This document shows positions 18,507-25,586 of a DNA stretch of 37,546 nucleotides, piece by piece; position 1 is the stretch's first letter; each line of letters starts with the position of its first letter. Position numbers and translations under genes: made by a program. The DNA comes from a virus. Lineage: Duplodnaviria > Heunggongvirae > Uroviricota > Caudoviricetes. The stretch lies in the IMG/VR virus record IMGVR_UViG_2565956620_000003. One strand, 5' to 3'. The notes beneath the pieces are model-generated. The model was not told the DNA's origin. It did no database searches and was given only the letters and a program-made list of their open reading frames with translations.

Positions 18507-18965
18507 ATGGCTTCCGATAACCTGGTCAGTATCACCATTAACGATAAGTCCCTGCGCCGGAGCCTCCGTGCGCTGGATCTTGCTGCCACAGACCTGGAGC
18601 CCGCGATGCGCAAAATCGCCGGAACCCTGCTGGCGGAAACACAGTTTAACTTTCTTGATGAGGGGCGTCCGGGGTGGATGCCCTCGCTGGCAGCGGAAGA
18701 ACGTGACGGGCAGACACTGCAGGATACCGGGCGTCTGATGGGGTCAGTATCAACCGACCATGACGACCGGCAGGCTGTTGTGGGGACCAACGTTGTTTAC
18801 GGTGCCATTCACCAGTTCGGGGGTAAAACGGGGCGTAATGAGTCTGTTGAACTTCCGGCCCGCCCGTTCCTGCCGGTGACGGGGGATGGAGAACTACAGC
18901 CTGAAGTGGTAATCCCCATCCTCGATACCATTGTCCGCCATCTTGAATCAGCGGCCCGTCGCTGA
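18507..18965 (+). CDS. Virion morphogenesis protein (Mu G-like)
   Basis: 152 aa; position and size as for Mu G. Confidence 0.65.
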   Translation: MASDNLVSITINDKSLRRSLRALDLAATDLEPAMRKIAGTLLAETQFNFLDEGRPGWMPSLAAEERDGQTLQDTGRLMGSVSTDHDDRQAVVGTNVVYGAIHQFGGKTGRNESVELPARPFLPVTGDGELQPEVVIPILDTIVRHLESAARR

Positions 18966-19021
18966 GTTTTCTCTCTTCAGGCGGGTGATTTATCATTGCC
19001 AGCGAATGAGGGGCTGTATTA

Positions 19022-19053
19022 CCTTTATAAAGGCTTTACAGCCTCTGTTTTAT
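19022..19053 (+). terminator. Candidate weak terminator/attenuator in the 214-bp gap before the protease gene
   Basis: 12-bp palindrome CCTTTATAAAGG (19022-19033) overlapping a short hairpin AGGCT-TTAC-AGCCT, followed by CTGTTTTAT. Confidence 0.3.
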
Positions 19054-19179
19054 AACCGCCTCCGGTTCACCGCATTGCTTTCCCTGTCCTTCTCCCCTGA
19101 TGTTTTCTAAAGCAGATTAAAATCGCCGGGCCTGCATTTCTCACAAACTGTCTCCGACAACATAACGCGGGACAGCAAA

Positions 19180-20295
19180 ATGTCAGCCATTCACATTTTT
19201 AAAGCCGGTACTCATACCGATATGCACGGCAAAAAACTGCCGTTCACGCCAGACGATCTTGCCGCCTGCGTGAAAGCCTATGACCCGTCCGTCCATGAAG
19301 CACCACTCGTGATTGGTCATCCCAGAACGGAAGACCCGGCGTGGGGCTGGGTGAAAGCCCTGTCGCTCAGCGGCGTCGATCTGATGGCAGAGCCTGCCCA
19401 GCTGGACCCGCAGTTTGCTGAGATGGTCACCGACGGACGATTCAAAAAAGTGTCCGCCTCTTTCTACCTCCCGGATTCACCGTCCAATCCGAAGCCCGGC
19501 GTGCTCTACCTTCGCCATGTGGGCTTTCTCGGGGCACAGCCACCTTCCGTCAAGGGGCTGAAACAGGTGTCCTTCAGTGAGCAGGAAGAAGGTGTGGTGG
19601 AGTTCGCCGACTGGCAGGCCATCACGAATGCCTCCCTGTGGGGAAAGCTGCGCGATTTTCTGATCGCCCGCTTCAGTCTGGACGAGGCAGAAAAAGTCCT
19701 GCCGGAATGGCAGCTCAACAGTCTGCGCGAAGAGGCGTACCGCGACACACTGTCGCAGGATGCAGCAGGTGCACAATTCAGTGAGACAGGCCCGGGGCCG
19801 TCTTCCGCAAGTAACGAGGAATCATCGATGACAAAAGAAGAGATTGAAGCCCTTCAGGAGGAGAACCGCCGCCTGAAGCAGCAGGCTGCTGATCGCGATG
19901 CGCGTGATGCACAGGTCAGACAGGAGCAACTGCATAAGGACAATGTGGCCTTTGCAGAAAAACTGGTCGCAGAGGGCCGTCTGGCTCCCCGCGCCTCCTC
20001 CGTGGTGGTTGCCCTGCTGGATGCCGTCGCCGGTGGCGACAAGCCGGTGGAGTTTGCTGAGGGGGAAAGCCGCACACCGCTGGCCACCGCCTTTCGTTCA
20101 TTGCTCTCCGACGGGGAGCCGGTGATGAATTTCGCCGAACAGGCCACAAAAGAGCGTGTCGGCGACACGGTGAAGGTGGATGTGGCAGAGTTTGCGGAAG
20201 CCGATCCTGAGCGTCTGGCCCTGCATCAGAAAGCAGTGGCCCTGTCCAAAAAAGAAGGCATCAGCTATGAGGCTGCTGTCGCACGCTGCCTGTAA
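19180..20295 (+). CDS. Head maturation protease / scaffold (Mu I-like)
   Basis: 371 aa; N-terminal protease-like domain and acidic coiled-coil C-terminal half, upstream of the major capsid gene. Confidence 0.75.
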   Translation: MSAIHIFKAGTHTDMHGKKLPFTPDDLAACVKAYDPSVHEAPLVIGHPRTEDPAWGWVKALSLSGVDLMAEPAQLDPQFAEMVTDGRFKKVSASFYLPDSPSNPKPGVLYLRHVGFLGAQPPSVKGLKQVSFSEQEEGVVEFADWQAITNASLWGKLRDFLIARFSLDEAEKVLPEWQLNSLREEAYRDTLSQDAAGAQFSETGPGPSSASNEESSMTKEEIEALQEENRRLKQQAADRDARDAQVRQEQLHKDNVAFAEKLVAEGRLAPRASSVVVALLDAVAGGDKPVEFAEGESRTPLATAFRSLLSDGEPVMNFAEQATKERVGDTVKVDVAEFAEADPERLALHQKAVALSKKEGISYEAAVARCL

Positions 20296-20309
20296 TTTAA
20301 GGAGAGAGC

Positions 20310-21263
20310 ATGTCTGATTACTTAAAAGGTAAACGTGTCGTTGATCCGGTACTGACCAGTATCGCCCGTGGCTATAAAAATGCCGCATTCATCGGCGAAC
20401 GTATTTTCCCCGTCGTGCTGACGGACAAGGAAGGCGTGCGTGTACCGACCTTCGGGAAAACCGCCTTTGTGGAATATGACACCGAGCGTGCCGTCGGGGC
20501 GGACAGCAATGTTCTGGTCCGTGAAAAAACAGGCACGCTGGACCTGGTGCTGGGTGAACACGATCTGGCTGCGCCGGTGGACTATCGCGAGCAGGCGGAG
20601 TCCATGTTTAACGAAGAGAGCAAGGCCATCCGTCGCGCCACGAATGGCGTGAACCTGCGCCGTGAACTTATCGCTGCCCGTCTGGCTCAGGATGAAAAGG
20701 TCTACCGTACCGGGCACGTCAAAAAACTGACAGCCAGTGATCGCTGGGCCGGTGGTAAGGGGGACCCCATCGGGGTGATTGAAGCCGGTATGGAAGCGGT
20801 CCGTACGGCCACGGGGCTGCGTCCTAACCTGATGACCATGGGGGCCGGCGTGATGGCGCTGCTGAAGTTCCACCCGGCGATTCAGGCCGCCATCGGAGCC
20901 AACGAACGCAAGCGCATCACCACAGAAATCCTGCAGGACCTCTTTCAGATCGAAGAGATCGTCATCGGTGCCCCAGTCTCCCTGCCGTCCATGAAAGCGG
21001 CAATGGATAAGAACAGCGTGCCGGCGGATATCTGGGGAGACAATCTGATGCTGCACTATGTCGGCAAACCGCAGCCGGGGGCGGACAGCGCGGACGAGAA
21101 CGAGCCGTCCTTCGGCTACACCCTGCGTCGTAAGGGGATGCCTGTTGCCGACAAATACGACGGAGCCGGTGGCAAGGTGAAGTACTGCCGTTATACCGAT
21201 ATCTACAAAGTCGCCGTGGTTGGTGGCGATGCCGGGTATCTCATTACCGGTATCAGTAAATAA
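20310..21263 (+). CDS. Major capsid protein (Mu T-like)
   Basis: 317 aa; good ribosome-binding site (AAGGAGAGAGC before ATG); position after protease/scaffold. Confidence 0.8.
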   Translation: MSDYLKGKRVVDPVLTSIARGYKNAAFIGERIFPVVLTDKEGVRVPTFGKTAFVEYDTERAVGADSNVLVREKTGTLDLVLGEHDLAAPVDYREQAESMFNEESKAIRRATNGVNLRRELIAARLAQDEKVYRTGHVKKLTASDRWAGGKGDPIGVIEAGMEAVRTATGLRPNLMTMGAGVMALLKFHPAIQAAIGANERKRITTEILQDLFQIEEIVIGAPVSLPSMKAAMDKNSVPADIWGDNLMLHYVGKPQPGADSADENEPSFGYTLRRKGMPVADKYDGAGGKVKYCRYTDIYKVAVVGGDAGYLITGISK

Positions 21264-21272
21264 GGAGGCGTT

Positions 21273-21611
21273 ATGGGAACCACTCAGCAGGTCATTCTGA
21301 TCACAACCGTAACGGCAGGGGCAGCACTGGCACAGCAGCGTTTTGTCGGGGCAGATAATACCCCCTGTAAAGCCGGTGCCGCAGCGCTCGGGGTTGCCGA
21401 AGTGGATGCTGTTACCGGCGACAGCACGCCGGTGAGCGTTCTGGGCATTATTGCTGTCGAGGCCGGGGCCGCTGTCAGCCGTGGTGTGGCTGTTCAGTCA
21501 GATGCTCAGGCCAGAGCCGTGCCGCAGTCCGGCGACGGTAAATCCTGTGGTATTGCACTTGATGAAGCCGGGGGTGAAGGCGACGTCATTCGTATCCTGC
21601 GCGGGGTGTGA
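21273..21611 (+). CDS. Hypothetical head-associated protein (Ala/Gly/Val-rich)
   Basis: 112 aa; ribosome-binding site AAGGAGG upstream; position directly after the major capsid gene. Confidence 0.5.
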   Translation: MGTTQQVILITTVTAGAALAQQRFVGADNTPCKAGAAALGVAEVDAVTGDSTPVSVLGIIAVEAGAAVSRGVAVQSDAQARAVPQSGDGKSCGIALDEAGGEGDVIRILRGV

Positions 21612-21612
21612 C

Positions 21613-22059
21613 ATGTACTGCACCCTGGAGGATTTGCTTGCGCAGGTGCCGGAGCGGACGCTTATCGAGCTCACCAGTGAAGAGATGGACTTCGACTCAC
21701 CTGCAACAGTGAATACCCGTGTGGTGGACAGCTGTATCCGCTATGCCGACGAGCTGATTGATGCCCATCTGCGCGGACGCTATATCCTGCCACTGGCAGA
21801 GATACCGACTGTTCTGCGGGACATTGCCATCACGCTGGTCCGTTACCGGCTCTACGCCCGCCGCCCGGAAGGTGACCTCCCGGATACGGTGAAGGATGAC
21901 CACAAAGAAGCGCTGCGGCAACTCAGGGAGTTACGTGATAACAGGCTCACGCTGGGGCTGCCGTCCACTCAGAAAGATGTGCCTGAGCCTGGCGAGTTTC
22001 GTGTACGCAGTCGCCCGGCCACTTTCGGCGGTCGTGACGGTTTACTGGAGAAATACTGA
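21613..22059 (+). CDS. Mu gp36-like head-tail joining protein
   Basis: ATG at 21613 (MYCTLEDLLAQVPERTLIELT...), typical N-terminus for this family; the track ORF starting at 21451 is an upstream extension. Confidence 0.6.
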   Translation: MYCTLEDLLAQVPERTLIELTSEEMDFDSPATVNTRVVDSCIRYADELIDAHLRGRYILPLAEIPTVLRDIAITLVRYRLYARRPEGDLPDTVKDDHKEALRQLRELRDNRLTLGLPSTQKDVPEPGEFRVRSRPATFGGRDGLLEKY

Positions 22060-22523
22060 TGAACGTTCTGCCCGTCCTTGATGCGGTACTGGCCCGGTTA
22101 CGCGAGAAGCTGCCGCAACTGCAGGTGGAGTACTTCCCGGAGAAACCGGCTGAATATCGCCTGAACCATCCGGTTGGCGCGTTGCTGTTGAGCTATGCCG
22201 GTTCGCGCTTTGACAGGCCGGATGATACCGGTGCGGTGATCCAGTCTCAGACTATCCAGCTCTGCGTCACGGTGGTCTTCCGCCAGCTCAACGGTAAAAA
22301 AGGGGCGATTAATGTCCTGGATGCTGTCCGCCGCATTCTCGGTGGCCACACCCCGCCCGGCTGCCGCCGCCGTATCTGGCTGACCCGCGAGGTGTTTATC
22401 GGTGAAGTCAGGGGGCTGTGGCAGTACGCCCTCGACTTCGCGACTGAAAGCGTCTTTATCGAAGACAGCGATTTACCGTCCGGCCCGCTGTTAACCGAAG
22501 TGAACTATGAGGAAAGCGAGTGA
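22059..22523 (+). CDS. Mu gp37-like protein
   Basis: 154 aa; position between gp36-like gene and sheath; start overlaps the preceding stop. Confidence 0.55.
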   Translation: MNVLPVLDAVLARLREKLPQLQVEYFPEKPAEYRLNHPVGALLLSYAGSRFDRPDDTGAVIQSQTIQLCVTVVFRQLNGKKGAINVLDAVRRILGGHTPPGCRRRIWLTREVFIGEVRGLWQYALDFATESVFIEDSDLPSGPLLTEVNYEESE

Positions 22524-22774
22524 TGAAAGAATACCGCTATTCCGGCCCGGCCAGCGGCGTCACGCTGTCGGACGGAACCGAAATCCTGCTCTGGCCGGGG
22601 AAGACGGTTTCCCTGCCGGAGGAGCATGACTACGTGAAGGTACTGGTGGCGCTGAAACATCTGACGCCGGTACCTGAAGAGACTAAACCCGCCGGCACAC
22701 CGGCTGTGCAGTCACCAAAGCGCAGAAGCAGCAGTGACAGCGAAGTGAAAACGGAGGACACCCATGGCAGCTAA
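22520..22774 (+). CDS. Hypothetical structural-module protein (84 aa)
   Basis: Packed ORF with 4-bp overlap at the start. Confidence 0.5.
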   Translation: MMKEYRYSGPASGVTLSDGTEILLWPGKTVSLPEEHDYVKVLVALKHLTPVPEETKPAGTPAVQSPKRRSSSDSEVKTEDTHGS

Positions 22775-24191
22775 CTATCTGCATGGTCCCGAAACCATTG
22801 AGGTGGAAAACGGTGCCCGCCCGGTTAAAACGGTGAAATCTGCCGTTATTGGCCTGATTGGTACCGCCCCGATGGGGGATGTCAATACGCTGGTACAGTG
22901 CCTGTCTGAGAAAGACGCAGCGGCATTTGGCAGCCAGTTCACCGGCTTTACCATTCCGCAGGCGCTGGATGCGATTTATGACCATGGTGCAGGCACCGTT
23001 CTGGTCATTAACGTCCTCGACCCGGCGAAACATAAAACGGCGATCGAGGATGAGGTGGTTACCTTTGACAAATCGACAGGGCAGGCCAGACTGGCGCATC
23101 CGGTTGTCGCTAATGTGGTGGTGAAAAACAGTGAAGGCAGCACCACCCACACGGCGAACACGGACTACCGTGTTGATGCGCAGGCGGGTGTGCTCACGAA
23201 CCTGGGCAAGGCTATTGAGGCCGGTGGCAGCGTGAAGGTGAGCTATGAGTACGCGGACCCGTCGAAGGTGACTGCGGCGGACATCATCGGCGGGGTGAAC
23301 AGCGCCGGAAACCGAACCGGCATGAAGCTGCTTAACGACAGCTTCAACCTGTACGGCTATTTCGCCAAAATTCTGATTGCGCCGGTGTTCTGCACCCAGA
23401 AGAGTGTCGCAGTTGAGCTTATCGCCATGGCAGAGAAGCTGGGCGCGGTAACCTACATTGATGCGCCTGTCGGTACCACCTTTGCACAGGCTCTGGCAGG
23501 TCGTGGCCCGGAAGGCACCATCAACTTCAATACCAGCTCCGACCGCGTCCGTCTGTGCTATCCGCATGTGAAGGTATATGACCCGGTGACAAACACAGAG
23601 CGTCTGGAGCCGCTCAGCCAGCGTGCAGCAGGTCTGCGTGCCAGAGTCGATCTGGACAAGGGCTACTGGTGGTCATCCTCCAATCAGGAGATTCTGGGGA
23701 TCACCGGCGTGGAGCGCCAGCTGTCCGCGATGATTGATGACCCGCAGAGTGAGGTGAACCTGCTTAACGAACAGGGGATCACCACGGTATTCAGCAGTTA
23801 CGGCAGCGGCCTTCGTCTGTGGGGTAACCGGACGGCAGCATGGCCAACGGTCACCCATATGCGTAACTTTGAGAACGTTCGCCGCACCGGTGATGTGATC
23901 AACGAGTCCATTCGTTATTTCAGCCAGCAGTACATCGACATGCCGATTACTCAGGCGCTGATTGATGCACTGACGGAGTCGGTCAACGCCTACGGTCGCA
24001 AAATGACTGGTGATGGTGCGGTACTGGGCTTCCGTTGCTGGTTTGATCCGGCCCGCAATCCGGAGACGGAGCTGGCCGCCGGGCACCTGTTGCTGAGCTA
24101 CAAATATACGCCACCACCGCCGCTGGAGCGACTGACGTTTGAGACTGAGATCACCTCGGAATACCTGTTAACCCTGAAAGGGGGCAACTGA
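22764..24191 (+). CDS. Contractile tail sheath protein (Mu L-like)
   Basis: 475 aa; followed by the tube gene. Confidence 0.85.
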   Translation: MAANYLHGPETIEVENGARPVKTVKSAVIGLIGTAPMGDVNTLVQCLSEKDAAAFGSQFTGFTIPQALDAIYDHGAGTVLVINVLDPAKHKTAIEDEVVTFDKSTGQARLAHPVVANVVVKNSEGSTTHTANTDYRVDAQAGVLTNLGKAIEAGGSVKVSYEYADPSKVTAADIIGGVNSAGNRTGMKLLNDSFNLYGYFAKILIAPVFCTQKSVAVELIAMAEKLGAVTYIDAPVGTTFAQALAGRGPEGTINFNTSSDRVRLCYPHVKVYDPVTNTERLEPLSQRAAGLRARVDLDKGYWWSSSNQEILGITGVERQLSAMIDDPQSEVNLLNEQGITTVFSSYGSGLRLWGNRTAAWPTVTHMRNFENVRRTGDVINESIRYFSQQYIDMPITQALIDALTESVNAYGRKMTGDGAVLGFRCWFDPARNPETELAAGHLLLSYKYTPPPPLERLTFETEITSEYLLTLKGGN

Positions 24192-24712
24192 TGTCAAAGA
24201 TTGAGATAAACCGCATCACGAATGCCAACATCTATCTGGATGGTACTAACCTGCTGGGACGGGCTGAGGAAGTTAAACTCCCCGATGTCTCCATGATTAT
24301 GCAGGAACACAAGGCGCTGGGGATGGTGGGTAAGGTGGAACTCCCGGCTGGTTTTGACAAACTGGAAGGCGAAATCAAATGGAACAGCTTTTACCGCGAT
24401 GCGATGCTGTCTGCCGCGAACCCGTACAGGTCGCTGGCACTGCAGTGTCGTTCCAGCGTCCAGCGCTACAGCTCGCAGGGGCTGATTGACGAAATCCCGC
24501 TGGTCACCTTCCTGACGATTATGTTCAAGAAGAACCCGCTGGGGACGTTCAAACAGCACGAGAACGCCGAGTTCTCCAGTAGCTTCACCTGCACGTATAT
24601 CAGACAGGTACTGGATGGTGAAGAGCTGCTGCAACTGGACTATCTGGCCAACATCTTCCGGGTCGGCGGTGTTGATCAACTGACTGACTACCGTATCAAT
24701 ATCGGGGGCTGA
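24191..24712 (+). CDS. Tail tube protein (Mu M-like)
   Basis: 173 aa; start overlaps the sheath stop. Confidence 0.8.
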   Translation: MSKIEINRITNANIYLDGTNLLGRAEEVKLPDVSMIMQEHKALGMVGKVELPAGFDKLEGEIKWNSFYRDAMLSAANPYRSLALQCRSSVQRYSSQGLIDEIPLVTFLTIMFKKNPLGTFKQHENAEFSSSFTCTYIRQVLDGEELLQLDYLANIFRVGGVDQLTDYRINIGG

Positions 24713-24714
24713 CG

Positions 24715-24996
24715 GTGAGTGTTGAACTGACGGATAAAGGAGGACGATGTGCGGCACTGGGCATGTCAAATGGTACGTGGTTTACCCTCCTTGATATTCC
24801 GGGGGTGGAAACCCTTTTTAATACCCGTAAAACCAATGACCCGATTGACTGCACACGTTCAAAGGCCCGCAAACTGGCGGATTTGATTGAAGCATGGGAG
24901 CCTCCCGACCACTGGTTCTCCGGCATCGGCAAATCTGAGGGAAAGACGCTTCTCATCGCTTTCCTGCGTAACTGCAAGGGGTTTCGCACTTGCTGA
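24715..24996 (+). CDS. Hypothetical protein (start uncertain)
   Basis: Track ORF uses GTG at 24715; an in-frame ATG lies at 24766. Confidence 0.35.
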   Translation: MSVELTDKGGRCAALGMSNGTWFTLLDIPGVETLFNTRKTNDPIDCTRSKARKLADLIEAWEPPDHWFSGIGKSEGKTLLIAFLRNCKGFRTC

Positions 24997-25003
24997 CATC
25001 ACA

Positions 25004-25028
25004 GGGGCTCCGGCCCCTTCTTCTTAAT
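25004..25028 (+). terminator. Short GC hairpin, possible intra-operon attenuator
   Basis: GGGGC-TCCG-GCCCC followed by TTCTTCTT; only a 5-bp stem. Confidence 0.25.
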
Positions 25029-25093
25029 CTCCTTTAATATCCGTCACGCGCTTCTCCCGACATACTGCCCTGAACTTACACAGGAGCACAATC

Positions 25094-25429
25094 ATGTCAC
25101 AGACCCCATCCGATACTTTTAAATTGTCTTATCCCTTCACCACTGCTGCAGGCACCAGAATTGAGCTGGTTGAACTGAAACGCCTGACGGTAAAAGACCT
25201 GAAGCAGGTGCGCAAAATCAGCAAAAACCCGGCAGACTGGGACGAACCGCTGATTGCCCGCAGTACTGGTCTTCTCCCGGAGGATCTCGACAATATGGAT
25301 CTGGCTGATTACCTGCAGTTACAGAAACGATTTCAGCTCATCACGGGGATGGGTGAGAGCAACCAGGGCGCTGACGCAGGCGCAGGGGCTGCTGGCGAGA
25401 TGGTTCCGGTTTCAGCCGGGGGAGATTGA
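25094..25429 (+). CDS. Tail assembly chaperone (upstream frame)
   Basis: 111 aa; ribosome-binding site CAGGAGC; immediately upstream of the tape measure gene. Confidence 0.65.
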   Translation: MSQTPSDTFKLSYPFTTAAGTRIELVELKRLTVKDLKQVRKISKNPADWDEPLIARSTGLLPEDLDNMDLADYLQLQKRFQLITGMGESNQGADAGAGAAGEMVPVSAGGD

Positions 25430-25511
25430 TGCCCTCGATACTGACGATCTGGAGATGTGGCTGGAGCAGGCTGAAGAGCAAATCAAAAGCGAGTACGGCG
25501 ACAAATCATAG
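25254..25511 (+). CDS. Overlapping ORF, candidate frameshift extension of the tail assembly chaperone
   Basis: Open in the +1 frame relative to 25094..25429 and runs past its stop; the G-run CCGGGGGAG at 25416-25424 sits at the end of the upstream frame. Confidence 0.4.
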   Translation: MPAVLVFSRRISTIWIWLITCSYRNDFSSSRGWVRATRALTQAQGLLARWFRFQPGEIDALDTDDLEMWLEQAEEQIKSEYGDKS

Positions 25512-25586
25512 TACAGACAGCCGCCAGTAGCGGCTGTTCTGCGTTATCCCCTCACGTCTTTTCACCTTCCCCGGAGGTTAACCACT

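Noticed and set aside
20322-21056. 244-aa minus-strand ORF
   Set aside because: Antisense to the major capsid gene; no motifs; orientation opposite to the whole late operon.
22683-23567. 294-aa minus-strand ORF
   Set aside because: Antisense to the tail sheath gene.
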